A stretch of 64,000 nt of DNA from an uncultured Chloroflexia bacterium (GTDB lineage: Bacteria; Chloroflexota; Limnocylindria; Limnocylindrales; CSP1-4). How positions within the stretch are numbered: the stretch's first letter is position 1; each line of letters starts with the position of its first letter. Of this stretch, positions 53,546 through 64,000 are shown piece after piece. Under the pieces are notes generated by a model. That model searched no databases, had not been told where the DNA came from, and saw only the letters and a list, made by a program, of their open reading frames with translations. Location of the stretch: the NCBI GenBank assembly GCA_963748625.1, contig CAVVJT010000007.1:832001-896000 (forward strand), read 5' to 3'. Made by a program: the position numbers and the translations under genes.

Positions 53546-54035
53546 CAGCTGGCTCCCTGCATTCGGTCGTGCCTTCCCGCCCAGACCGCGCCAAGACGAT
53601 ACACGTGCCGGGGCGAGTCTCGATGTGGCTGCAATGGTGACTCGACCGCGGGACGCACCAGCCCGCCCAGCACTGGACCAAGAGCCCAAACCGCTTGCCG
53701 TGGGGCCGGCACCGAGCCCACGATGGGTCGCCCCGCGCAGTGGGAGCTGTGCGCCACGGGCCGATGAGCGTCACCCGGAAGCGCACCGTCCCGTCGGGCT
53801 GGATCGCCAGGGTGGTCAGCGAGGCCCTCCTCCGCAGTGCAGAGGGAGTGGAGGGGGTCTCGCGGGCGCGGGTTTGAGCCGCTCCCAGTCCGTTTGCACC
53901 TTGGCCGGACAAGGGCGAGTCACCTAAGGTGACGATGGGAGGGATGCATCGGCTACCGGCATGCGGACATCCCGCCCGAACGCGCGGAGGCACCCGAGGC
54001 AGCCCCGCGCCCGTGCGTCCCGAGGGGAGTCGAGG

Positions 54036-57000
54036 ATGGCACGCATCGCGCACCGCACCGGTCGACGGGTCCTGGTGGCACTCGTCGTCGCAGTCCTGGC
54101 GTCCGCATCGCCCTCGGCGGGCGGTCCCGGCCCCGGCGCCGGTCGCGCCACTGCCTCGACCGCCGCTCCAACGACGCCCGTGAAGGCCGTGGAGGCAGGC
54201 GGGCTCCAGACATGCGCCATCCTGGGAGACGGGACTCTGCGCTGCTGGGGCGACATGCTCCTTGTCCCGGATCCTCCGGCAGGGACATTCGAGTCGATCA
54301 GCATGTCGGCGACCAGTGCCTGCGCGATCCGCACGGACGGCGCGATGACGTGCTGGGACATCGAGGACGACGGCGGGGCGCCAGCCCCTGGTGGGACGTT
54401 CAAGCAGGTCGAGACCGGGCCCTACCACAGTTGCGCTATCCGGTCCGATGGGTCGGTCACCTGCTGGGGCACGAATTGGTACGGAGAGACCCAAGCGCCT
54501 GATGGTGAATACACCGACCTGGTGACGGGTGACTTCTGGAGCTGTGGCCTGCTCGTAGACGGATCGGTCACGTGCTGGGGCGGCGACCCCGAAGGGAGCC
54601 CCCGCCCGTCGCTGAGCGGCAAATTCGTGGCTCTCGGCGGCCCGGAACCACTCTGCGGCATCCACGACGACGGCTCCGCTAGGTGCTGGGACTGGGAGGG
54701 AGAGTACTCGGCGAGCGGCAGCTACCTCGACATCGACGGGCGCTGTGCCGTCCGCGCGGACCGCACGCTCTTCTGCTGGGGCGACGAGCCAGACGCAGGC
54801 ACCAACGGGCTCGCCCTCGTGCCGGCAGGGTCCTTCGACTCCGTGTCCACCGGCTTCTGGCACGCATGCGCGCTGGCCGGCACTGCCATGACCTGCTGGG
54901 GCAACAACTACGCAACGCAGGTCGTGCCAGCGCCCACGCCCACGATGATCGGGCCGGCCCCCTGGCGTTCGACAGCGATGACAACCGTCGAGTGGGCGGC
55001 TCGTCCCGCCTTGAGCGCGGTCACCTCGTATGACGTCAGGTATCGGCGCGCGTCCGCTACGGGCGGGTTCGGAGCCTGGACGACCTGGCTGACGGGCACC
55101 ACCCAGACGAGTGCCGCCTTCGCCACGTCGCCCGGCTACACCTACTGCTTCGCTGTGCGTGCGCACGACGCCAGCGGTGCGATCTCGTGGTGGACGAACC
55201 AGGGCTGGAATCTCGGCGAGACCGGCTGCACGACCACGCCAGTCGATGACCGCGCCCTCGTGCGCTCAGCGGGGTGGGACTCGGTCTCCGACCCGGCCCT
55301 GTTCCGGTCGACCGGGCTGCGCACCACCAGGCAGGGTGCCACGCTGAAGCTCAACGACGTCCGGGCCGGCTGGGTGGTCTTGCTGGCCACCACCTGCCCA
55401 ACCTGCGGCTCCGTCAAGGTGGCAGTCGCCGGCCACGGGTCCAGATCGCTGAGCCTGCGGTCGCCGGTCACGACGACACGCTTCCTGCCTGCCTTCTACG
55501 AGGACGTCGATGGAAGGGTTGATGTCACCGTCACGGTCACATCGTCCAGCGGGCAGGTGCAGGTTGATGGCTTGCTCGTCAGCCCGCTGGAGCTCGGTCC
55601 GGCGTGGGCGGATGCCGACAATCCGCCGCAGCCGGTCAGCGCATCGGTCACACGCGGGGCGACGGACATCAGCGCAGGCGACGGCCATACGTGTGCGGTC
55701 ACGGTCGATGGTGGGCTTGCCTGCTGGGGCAACAACTCGGACAAGCAGTCTGAAGCGCCGGCGGGACTGTTCACCTCTGTCGCGGCTGGCGGCACGCTCA
55801 GCTGCGGCGTGCGCAACGACGGGGCCGCCGTCTGCTGGGGCGGTGACAGCGCGTGGAGCTGGGACGACCCACCCGCGGCGCCGGCGGGCACGTTCAAACG
55901 CCTCGTGTTCACCTCGATGGACGACCTGTGCGGGATCCGGACGGACAACAGCCTCTGGTGCGGCGGTGGAGAGGACGAGCTGCCTCCCGGGCAATTCGCC
56001 TCGCTCGCCACAGACGGCTTGGCGGCATGCGCCGTGCGCACGGATGGCGAGCTCATCTGCTGGGGCGAGGGCCCGGTGGCGGTCGACGCACCGGGCGGAG
56101 TGTTCACCACTGTGGACGTCAGCAGGGGACACGCGTGTGCGATCGCTGATGACGGCCACCTGGAGTGCTGGGGCGACAATGAGGTCGGCCAAGCCACCGC
56201 TCCGGACGGGACGTTCAAGGCCGTTACGACCGGCTCGAGCCATAGTTGCGCCATCCGGGGCGACGGCACGATCGCCTGCTGGGGTGACGCCGAATATGGC
56301 GAACTGCTCGCTCCCTCCGGCACGTTCACCGGCATCTCTGCGGGCGGACGGCACACCTGCGCTTTCGCCGCCGAGACGGTGGCCTGCTGGGGCCAGAACC
56401 GTGACGGCCAAGCCAATCCGACACCCACCACCACCGTCGGTGCTCTCGCACCGTACACGGTGGCGAAGACGACAAGGGTGACCTGGTCCGCGTCAGGGCT
56501 GGCGCCCATCACGTCGTATGACGTCCGCTATCGCGTGGCGCCATGGAACGGATCCTTCGGCGACTGGGTGGCCTGGCAGACCGCGACCGCTGCCACGACC
56601 GCTGCGCGCAATGTGCCCGCCGGGTCGACGGTCTGTCACTCGGCCCGTGCGCGCGACGTGGACGGCGTGCAGTCCCGCTGGTCTGGCGAACGCTGCGTAC
56701 GTACGCCGGTCGACGACCGGGCGCTCGCGAGGTCGACGGGCTGGACGAAGATCACGGGAACCGCGTACTACAGGGGCACCGGCCTGCGGGCGTCGCGCAC
56801 TGGGGCGAGGCTCTCGCTCGGTGGCGTCCGGCAGTGGTCCGGCCTGTACCTGGTGGCCACCACCTGCCCCACCTGTGGCGTGGTCAGGGTGACCCTGGGT
56901 CCCTACCGCAGCAAGCGGATCAACCTGTACTCCGCGACGCGCGTGGACCGCAAGGTCATCCGCGTCGCGCCATTCAACGACGACTACGCACCGACGCGCG

Positions 57001-57092
57001 TCACGGTGAACGTGACAGTCGTCTCCTCCGGCAAGAAGGTCGTCATCGACGGCCTCCTCATCAAGGGCGCATGGGACGACCTCGCCTGGTGA
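54036..57092 (+). CDS. Secreted RCC1-repeat/Fn3 protein, internally duplicated
   Basis: Many 'HxCAIxxDGxxxCWG' repeats; two 'SYDVRYR' Fn3-like and two 'ATTCPTCG' modules. Confidence 0.85.
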   Translation: MARIAHRTGRRVLVALVVAVLASASPSAGGPGPGAGRATASTAAPTTPVKAVEAGGLQTCAILGDGTLRCWGDMLLVPDPPAGTFESISMSATSACAIRTDGAMTCWDIEDDGGAPAPGGTFKQVETGPYHSCAIRSDGSVTCWGTNWYGETQAPDGEYTDLVTGDFWSCGLLVDGSVTCWGGDPEGSPRPSLSGKFVALGGPEPLCGIHDDGSARCWDWEGEYSASGSYLDIDGRCAVRADRTLFCWGDEPDAGTNGLALVPAGSFDSVSTGFWHACALAGTAMTCWGNNYATQVVPAPTPTMIGPAPWRSTAMTTVEWAARPALSAVTSYDVRYRRASATGGFGAWTTWLTGTTQTSAAFATSPGYTYCFAVRAHDASGAISWWTNQGWNLGETGCTTTPVDDRALVRSAGWDSVSDPALFRSTGLRTTRQGATLKLNDVRAGWVVLLATTCPTCGSVKVAVAGHGSRSLSLRSPVTTTRFLPAFYEDVDGRVDVTVTVTSSSGQVQVDGLLVSPLELGPAWADADNPPQPVSASVTRGATDISAGDGHTCAVTVDGGLACWGNNSDKQSEAPAGLFTSVAAGGTLSCGVRNDGAAVCWGGDSAWSWDDPPAAPAGTFKRLVFTSMDDLCGIRTDNSLWCGGGEDELPPGQFASLATDGLAACAVRTDGELICWGEGPVAVDAPGGVFTTVDVSRGHACAIADDGHLECWGDNEVGQATAPDGTFKAVTTGSSHSCAIRGDGTIACWGDAEYGELLAPSGTFTGISAGGRHTCAFAAETVACWGQNRDGQANPTPTTTVGALAPYTVAKTTRVTWSASGLAPITSYDVRYRVAPWNGSFGDWVAWQTATAATTAARNVPAGSTVCHSARARDVDGVQSRWSGERCVRTPVDDRALARSTGWTKITGTAYYRGTGLRASRTGARLSLGGVRQWSGLYLVATTCPTCGVVRVTLGPYRSKRINLYSATRVDRKVIRVAPFNDDYAPTRVTVNVTVVSSGKKVVIDGLLIKGAWDDLAW

Positions 57093-57296
57093 GCGCCGCC
57101 AGGCCGGGATGACATCAGCCTCACCGCGCGTGCTGCGGCGTCCTTTGGACCCCGCGGCCACGAGCGGATCGGCACTGGCGACGGCGTGGCGCAGCGATCA
57201 CGGTCGTGCCGCCGCTTGGAACGTTGTCGTCCCGGCGCAGGACCGGCGGCGTGCCGGGTCGCGCCACCTGTGGTCCAGGTATCGGTGGAGTTCGGC

Positions 57297-58262
57297 ATGG
57301 CTGGTCGTCTGGCGACGCTGGTGGCGATCCTGGGCCTGGTCCTCGTGGCGTGCAGCGGCGAGGCACAGCCGACCAAGTCGGTGCGGGCCAGCCCAACCCC
57401 ATCGCAGGGCTCGTCCTCGCCGACCACCGTGACGCCGCCGCCTCCTGCCACGCCCTCTCTGGCCCCCGTGGCCACGTCAACCCCCGTGGCCACGTCAACC
57501 CCCGTGGCCACGTCAACCACCGTGGCCACGCCAACCCCCGCTGCCGCGGTCACGGCCGCGCCGCGGACGCTCGGCCCGGACCTGGTCGCGGTCGTGGTGA
57601 CCAACAACCTGGTGATCCGGAGCGAGCCAAGGATCGGCAAACGCTCCTCCGTCTACAAGCCGTACCTGGGGCGTCGTGAGCAGGTCTTCGTCATCGGTGG
57701 TCCGGTACGCGCGAGTGGGTACGACTGGTACGAGGTCATGCCTCTCTCAGCCAGGTTCGAGGACACCGGCTGGGTCGCCGCAGCAAGCGAAGCTGGCAAG
57801 CCGTGGATCAAGCCGTTGGGGGCAGCCCCAACGTGCCCGCCCGCGCCGATCACGGTGACCGAGCTCGATGCACTCACGTCCGGCGTCCGGCTTGCCTGCT
57901 TCAGCGGCGTTCCGATCACGGTGCGGGCGCAGCTGGAGGGGTGCGGCGTCGACATGCCCGATGCCATGTACGAGCCGGAGATGTTCAACGGGTTCTACGA
58001 TCCAGGCGCTGAGGATCTCGTCCCGATCGTGCTCGGCGAACCCGGAACTGACCCATGCGAGCTGGACAGGCAGCTTCGGCTCACCGTCGACCCAGCCTCG
58101 ATCTCGGCGATCCAAGTGCCGATCGGCGATGTCGCAGAGCTGACCGGCATCTTCGACCACCCCGCTGCCAGGGAGTGTGAGTTTGTCAGCTTCATCGAGG
58201 ATCTGAGTCAGCCGGAGCCCGAGTGGTGCCGACCGCAGTTCGTCGTCACGCACATCGAGTGA
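57297..58262 (+). CDS. Lipoprotein with SH3-like domain (paralog of 42848)
   Basis: Lipobox LVAC; 'LVIRSEP...WYEV...GWVAA...LACF...TGIFDHPAA..C...CRPQFVVT'. Confidence 0.75.
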   Translation: MAGRLATLVAILGLVLVACSGEAQPTKSVRASPTPSQGSSSPTTVTPPPPATPSLAPVATSTPVATSTPVATSTTVATPTPAAAVTAAPRTLGPDLVAVVVTNNLVIRSEPRIGKRSSVYKPYLGRREQVFVIGGPVRASGYDWYEVMPLSARFEDTGWVAAASEAGKPWIKPLGAAPTCPPAPITVTELDALTSGVRLACFSGVPITVRAQLEGCGVDMPDAMYEPEMFNGFYDPGAEDLVPIVLGEPGTDPCELDRQLRLTVDPASISAIQVPIGDVAELTGIFDHPAARECEFVSFIEDLSQPEPEWCRPQFVVTHIE

Positions 58263-58398
58263 TCGCTGGAACCCCCAACAGGCCGGTGCCTGGGCTGCAC
58301 CGCAGGTCGACCGAGTGGCCCGTTCTCCAGGTCGGCGTCGGCATCGCACCCCGGGCGGCAAGCGCGGGAGAACGTCTCGACCCGGTTGACGGGCACAC

Positions 58399-59622
58399 CT
58401 ATTGCGGTGCAGTCGCCGGAACGAAGCGCCACGTGTCGGGAATGGGCGTCGGGCAGCCGGGCGTGTCCGGCACCCATACCTGCCAGCCCCCGGCAACCAG
58501 CACGGAACCGTCCTCGAGCAGCACCGCCGTCGCATCGTTGCGTTGATCGGGGATCGGCTCGGACTCGGTCCAGATCCGGGCTTCGGGGTCGTAGATGGCC
58601 GTGCGTGCCCCTGCGACAGCGAGCACCCGTCCGTCTGCCAGGACCGCCATCGCCGGGCGTCGGCCCGACGCATCGAAGTCGTCCGTCGGCGCCCAGGTTC
58701 CCGTCGACGGGTCGAATCGCTCGACGATCGACGTGGGCTGGGAGGTCTCACCGCCGACGACCAGCGCACCGCCGTCGGGAATGGCGATCATCGAGAACCT
58801 GCTCCGCGGGGCAGAGAGCGTCCCGGCGGGGGACCAGTGGTTGTCGCTCGGGTCATAGATCTCGACCGAGACGAGCGGGTCATCGCCGCCCCACTCCGGC
58901 ACTCCGCCCGCGACGAGAACCCGGCCGTCCGACAGGGTCACCGCCACCGCGCCCAGGCGCGGGCTCGACATCCAGTCGATCGCCGCCCATCCGCCGGTGT
59001 CCGGGTCCCAGATCTCAGCGGAGCTGAGGGCGCCCCCCTCCCGGGAGACGTCGATGAGCAGGCCACCCGCCACCAGGACTCGGCCATCGGGCAGCGCGGC
59101 GGCCGCGAAGGCCATCCGTGCGGTGTTGAGCAAGCCTGACCGCGACCACTCCTGCGTCCGGTGGTCGAACACGACCGTGCTCGACTTGGCTACGTATTCC
59201 GAGCTCGCTCCGCCAGTGATGAGGGCGTCCCCGTCCGCGGCCGCTACCAGCATGATCCCGTTGCGCTGGGCGGGCAGGGGGGCGGCCATGCGCCAAGCCG
59301 CCGTATCCGGGCCCCAGAGCTCGGCGGTGCCAGTCTCCGCGTTCTCGATCTCGCACAGGAGATCGTCGCCAACCGCAAGCACCTCGCCCGTGCCAAGGCG
59401 TACGAGCTGGGTCCCAACGCGGTGGTCGTTGAGCGCGCCCGCCGCCACCCAGGTGCCGGAGCCGCCCGATGGGGGCGAGGTTGTCGCCGCCAGCTCGGGG
59501 GATCTGGTTGGTGTCGCCTGCGGGGAGGGGCTGGCGACCTGGCCGTCCGGGGCTGTCCCGGGACCGCAAGCTGCGAGCATGACGCCGAGGGCCATGATCA
59601 GGATCGCCCTTGCCTTGGACAT
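58399..59622 (-). CDS. Kelch-repeat lipoprotein
   Basis: Lipobox LAAC; 'LPDGRVLVAGG', 'LSDGRVLVAGG', 'EIYDP...W'. Confidence 0.88.
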   Translation of the reverse strand: MSKARAILIMALGVMLAACGPGTAPDGQVASPSPQATPTRSPELAATTSPPSGGSGTWVAAGALNDHRVGTQLVRLGTGEVLAVGDDLLCEIENAETGTAELWGPDTAAWRMAAPLPAQRNGIMLVAAADGDALITGGASSEYVAKSSTVVFDHRTQEWSRSGLLNTARMAFAAAALPDGRVLVAGGLLIDVSREGGALSSAEIWDPDTGGWAAIDWMSSPRLGAVAVTLSDGRVLVAGGVPEWGGDDPLVSVEIYDPSDNHWSPAGTLSAPRSRFSMIAIPDGGALVVGGETSQPTSIVERFDPSTGTWAPTDDFDASGRRPAMAVLADGRVLAVAGARTAIYDPEARIWTESEPIPDQRNDATAVLLEDGSVLVAGGWQVWVPDTPGCPTPIPDTWRFVPATAPQ

Positions 59623-59754
59623 GCTGCCCCGTCCTGCCGGTCGGCACCAGTCCGCCGGCGACTGTCCGTTGCTCTCCATACGCCCCGTGAGACGGGTGGC
59701 CGGGGACCGATGTTGCCCGGGGTCGAGAAGTCGGCGGGGTCGACCGGGTGGCAC

Positions 59755-60345
59755 CTACGCTGCCAGTGGACGCTCGGGGCCCCCGCCCGCGACGAGGCGG
59801 GACCCCCCGAGGGTCTCGCGCATCGTGTGACGCGTGCGGCACAGGAGTGCCCGGCATGCGAGTTGCGATCGTCCCATCGTCGCGGCGATCTCGCGTCCGC
59901 TATAGCCCTCCGCAGCCATCAGGATGCTCATCCGGGCGGCGCCTGATAGCGCAGCCAGGGCCTGGCGCAGCTCGGGGCTGAGCGACGAGGCCTCGGCTTC
60001 CATCTCAGCCGAGGTCGAGCCGGCCTCCCAGGCCGGCGAGGCGCGCTCGTCGGACGCGAACCGGACCGGACGGCGCAACTCGCTGACCACCAGGTTGTGG
60101 ACGACGCGATAGAGCCACGGACGGACGGCGAGGGGCGCTCGGCCCGCCGACGTCTCGCGGACCAGCCGCGCGAACGCCTCGTGGACCACGTCCTCCGGGT
60201 TCACGTGCCCACCGAAGCGGTGCGTGACGTACGCCTCGAGCTCGTGTGCGTACGCCACATAGACCTGGCCGATCCACACGCACTCAGCGGCTGGCGCGGC
60301 TGACCATGATGTCGCCGCCGTTTCGAATGCCTGACTCGCCGTCAT
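59755..60345 (-). CDS. ECF sigma-70 factor
   Basis: 'PEDVVHEAFARL...RPWLYRVVHNL', 'EGYSGREIAATMGRS...RALLCR'. Confidence 0.88.
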   Translation of the reverse strand: MTASQAFETAATSWSAAPAAECVWIGQVYVAYAHELEAYVTHRFGGHVNPEDVVHEAFARLVRETSAGRAPLAVRPWLYRVVHNLVVSELRRPVRFASDERASPAWEAGSTSAEMEAEASSLSPELRQALAALSGAARMSILMAAEGYSGREIAATMGRSQLACRALLCRTRHTMRETLGGSRLVAGGGPERPLAA

Positions 60346-60411
60346 CTCATGTCCCCCATCGATTGACCGCCGTACCGGCTGCTGCCGGCCTCGCGCGAAG
60401 CTCCACCGGGA

Positions 60412-62890
60412 TCATTCGATCGGACTACCGACCGACCAGGCTGCCGCGGCAGGCCCTGCGATGCGCAGCGCCTCGCCGCCGCCGACCGGGACCACCCACA
60501 CCTCGGCGTGGTCCGTGCCCCGTTCCAGCTCCCAGTTCCAGCGGTTGAACTCGAGCCAGGTCCCGTCCGGCGACCAGTCGGCGGGCCCATCGCCGTCGGT
60601 GAGCCGCGTCAGGTTCGCGCCGTCCCGATCGACGACGTAGATGGCAGGGTCGCTGCCGTCGGCGCTCGCCTGGCTGAAGGCCAGCCGAAGCCCGTCGGGG
60701 GACCAGCTCGGGCGGGCTGGCACGAGGTCACTGGTGAGCTCCGTCCGCTCGCCGCTTGCGACATCGATGGCCAGCAACCTCCCGGTGCATGTCGCCGGAA
60801 GGCGATTGTCGGAGGTGTTGTCGGGCTCGCTTGGCAGCATGTCATGCACGCAGACACGTTCCGCCAGGGCGATCGTCTTGCCATCCGGTGACCATGCCGG
60901 GCCGTTATAGCCCGTGTACCAGCGCTCCGTCGCCGTTGTCGGAGGGGCACCCACGTTGGCCTCCTGGTCGGCGATCTCCCGGGGCGGCGACCCGTCCACC
61001 GGGACGACGAGAACGCGTGACAGCCACAGCTCCGGGTCCTTCTTGCTCGGGCGCACGCCATTCGCCGCGAGCGCCGTGCCGTCAGGAGACCAGGAGAGCT
61101 CGTAGATCGCCCGCACGCCGGGCACCTTGAGCCGTGAGAGCACCTTCCCGTCGAGGTCGGAGACGACGACCGTAGGGGCGGTGCCGGTCACCTCGTCCAC
61201 CCTGGCGATGCGATCGCCCTGCCGCGAGATCGCCTCCTTGAACTGGCCGGCCGGAGGTGGCTTGACTCGATCCAGCGTGCCGGTGTCGAGGTCGACGATC
61301 GCCTGGAGGTAGAGCGCCGAAAGGAAGGCGTGCTTGCGGTCGGCCGACCATTGGACGCTCATGGGGCAGCACGTGGACTCGGTGACCGGGAGGGTGCCCA
61401 GCTTCGTCTCCAGGCCGGTCCCGACGTCGATCGTGTACACCGTCTCGGTCTTCGCGTCCGCCCCGGACAACCCGTCGAGGCGCCAGACCAGGAGCGGACC
61501 GCCGCCGAGCGGCCCCGATCCAGCGCGGCGCCGGCGACGACGTCGGGACGCTGGATGCAAGCGGAGCAGCCGATGCCGGTGCTGGCCGGAACGGCGAGGC
61601 CTGCGCGACTGCCGATGCGGCAGGTGAAGAGGTCGGGGGCGGCACGAGGGTTGCGGGCGGCACCAGGGCCGATGCCGGTCCCCAGTCCGCCACGGCGTTG
61701 TCCACGAGCGGGACGGCCTCGCCGCCCTCGCTGGGGACCACCCACAGGTCACCGAGGCTGGTGTCGGAGACGTCACGCGTGAAGGCGACCAACGTCCCGT
61801 CCGGGGACCATATCGGGTCGCGGTCACGATCCCCGAGCTCCGTGCCGGGAGACCCGGTCAGCCGGGTCAGGTTGCCGCCGTCGAGATCGATGACGTAGAT
61901 CCCGCCCTCGCCGCCACCGCGCTGGAATGCGATCCGGCCGCCGTCCGGCGACCAGGTCAACACCTCGTCCGGACCCGATGTCGTCAACTGCGTGACGAGC
62001 CCGTCGGCCACCCGCACGGTCGAGATCCCGCCGCTGCACTCTTCGCTGCATTCGAGGACGGAGTACGCGAGGGTCGACCCGTCGGGCGAGAAGCGCACGG
62101 AGCCGATGTTCCCCGCGGTGCGCGCGGCGAGCTGCCGGATGGGGCTCCCATCCAGCGGGACCAGCAGGAGCTGCCCTTCCCCGGCCAGCGCGACGGACGA
62201 CCCGTCGGGGGCCCACGCGATGTCCTCTGACACCAGGCCGGCCGGGAGCGGGATGTTCACAAGCTCCGCTCCGGCCATGTCCACCACGGACAGGCTCGTC
62301 CCCTGCTCCGCATCCCCCACCAGCCGGGCCACCCGGTCGCCCGCTGGAGATGCCTCGTCCCGCTGCCCGTCCAGCGACAGGTTCACGGGGGAGGTCTGAC
62401 CGGTCGCAAGGTCGATGACCGCGCTCAGCCGGCTGCCATCTCCGAACACGAATGCGTGTCGGCCGTCGGCTCCCCAGGCGATCCGCTGGCCGCCGATCGG
62501 CGCGGTGATCTGGACGCTTCCCAGCTGGGCTCGCTGACCGGTCGCGATGTCGAGCGTGAACACGTCCGCGTACGTCCCGTGGGCCTGGTACACGATGAGC
62601 GGACCGCCGCCACCCAGCGCGGGCCGGCGGAGCAGCAGCGACCCGACAAGCGCGCCTCCGACCAGCAGCGCGGCGAGCAGCCCGACGGCCACAAGGAGCC
62701 ACACCTGGCGACGCCCGAACCCGATTGGCCAGGCGACGCGGGGCAGAACACCTGCGCGACGCTGGGGCGTCGCCTCGACGGCCGCGACGATGTCAAGCAC
62801 GAGACCCATGGGTGCGCCTGCGCCGGCCTGCTGCTCAAGCATCCGCTCGATGAGCACGTCGGTCAGCTCGAACGGCATCTGGCGGCTCAT
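60412..62890 (-). CDS. Putative anti-sigma factor with two TolB/PD40 propellers (frameshift near 61515)
   Basis: ATGA overlap with sigma; TM; many 'WSPDG' repeats over two frames. Confidence 0.8.
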
Positions 62891-63519
62891 CGAAGCGCCT
62901 CCCCTTCGATGGCGAGCGCCCGCTGGAGAGCGAGGCGCGCATCGTGCAGACGCGACTTCGCTGTACCCACCGGGATCCCAAGCGTGGTCGCGATCACGGC
63001 CACGGGCTCGTGGTCGAAGTGGTGGAGGACGAGGATCGAGCGCTTGTCGACATCGAGCCGCGCGAACGCGCGGGCGAGGACGTCCGTGTCACTCACGCTG
63101 TCCGGGAAGTCCCCGTCTGGATCGCCCCGGTCGGATGCCGCCTCAAGGCTGATCTCGCGCACGCGCCCGCGGTGCCGAAGCTGGGCGCGACAGACGTTGA
63201 CGAGGATGCGCCTGAGCCACGCATCGAAGCTCTCGGGATCGCGGAGGCGGGGCAGCTCGCGCCACGCCGACACGAACGCCTCCTGGGTGGCGTCATAGGC
63301 ATCCGCCTCGTTGGCGAGGATCGCCTGGGCGATCCGGAAGGCCCGGTCCGCCCTGACCGTGACCAGGCGTTCGAACGCCACAGCATCCCCACGGGCCGCG
63401 CGCCGCACGAGCGCGGCATCGGCCGACACCACCTGCGCGCGAGCGGAGGCGAGAGGCTCCATGGGGCTCTCAGGCGCCACCGGGCGGGATAGTGCGGGAT
63501 CGGCGTCTCTGGCCATCAC
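62887..63519 (-). CDS. ECF sigma-70 factor
   Basis: 'GDAVAFERLV', 'DATQEAFVSAWRELPRLRDPESFDAWL', 'LGIPVGTAKSRLHDAR'. Confidence 0.93.
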   Translation of the reverse strand: MMARDADPALSRPVAPESPMEPLASARAQVVSADAALVRRAARGDAVAFERLVTVRADRAFRIAQAILANEADAYDATQEAFVSAWRELPRLRDPESFDAWLRRILVNVCRAQLRHRGRVREISLEAASDRGDPDGDFPDSVSDTDVLARAFARLDVDKRSILVLHHFDHEPVAVIATTLGIPVGTAKSRLHDARLALQRALAIEGEALR

Positions 63520-63859
63520 ACCATTGATGCACCGGCGGGCATCGAGGTTCGGTCAATCCGGGGTGCAATCCGAACTTCCCCAGCCTTTCCCTCATGGGCA
63601 CCACTGCCGCAGCCACACCAGACGAACGCCCTCGCCGCTGAGGACCGTGCGCCGGGCGGGAGCACCTGCGCCAGAGGCGTTGGTCACGGGGCGTTCCTCG
63701 GTCCGACGGGAGCGCTGACCGCCCACCCAGGTCGACTCGCCCGTCCCATCCCGACAGGCGGGCAGACGAGTGGCCTCGCCAGACCAGCACTGATCCAGCC
63801 GTCACGCCATCACCGGTGCGAGCGTCACAGGCGCGGCGTCCGAATGCTGGAGTTCAGCC

Positions 63860-64000
63860 ATGCGTCGCACGCTGCTGATCGTCCCCTGGATGCTCCTCGT
63901 GGGATGCACATCCAGTCCGCCGACCGACGCGAGCCTCACTCCGACGGCGATCGCCATCGCCCCGGCCGGGACGGTGGGCCAGACTTCCCTTGCGAACCGC
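63860..64000 (+). CDS. Lipoprotein N-terminus (truncated by window)
   Basis: GGAG RBS; MRRTLLIVPWMLLVGC lipobox. Confidence 0.55.
   Translation, partial: MRRTLLIVPWMLLVGCTSSPPTDASLTPTAIAIAPAGTVGQTSLANR

Noticed and set aside
42848-58262. Diversity-generating retroelement TR/VR pair between the paralogous lipoproteins
   Set aside because: Similarity is mainly at protein level, with no adenine-specific near-identical repeat and no reverse transcriptase

Overview
High-GC bacterial window; gene content and style resemble Chloroflexota/Actinomycetota (inference only). Positions ~5-39 kb are mostly core and accessory metabolism: a yybP-ykoY riboswitch with TerC, site-2 protease, type III glutamine synthetase, ResB, GGDEF, Lrp, LLM oxidoreductases, MFS, SCO/PCuAC, M15 peptidase, VKOR, acyl-CoA ligase-GNAT, AAA-LuxR, ECF sigma, OsmC and MoxR-DUF58-DUF4129. 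This block lies between two minus-strand tRNA-Pro genes (CGG at 4701-4777, TGG at 39368-39442), both apparent integration sites. Left of tRNA-Pro(CGG) are a minimal MNT-HEPN islet bounded by a tRNA 3'-end duplication and a decayed lysin/holin remnant. The main finding is right of tRNA-Pro(TGG). A Xer-like tyrosine recombinase is followed by an integron-like array of 1-3 kb gene cassettes (ECF sigma/anti-sigma pairs, Kelch and SH3-like lipoproteins). The cassettes are separated by five near-exact copies of the tRNA's 5' half (anticodon loop to 5' end), mostly within conserved ~160-210 bp junctions carrying fixed-spacing direct repeats and a 9-6-9 palindrome, plus one half-junction. Further cargo follows: an ART-like protein, an RCC1/Fn3 protein and more ECF and propeller genes. 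Several long genes have frameshifts that are probably assembly errors.
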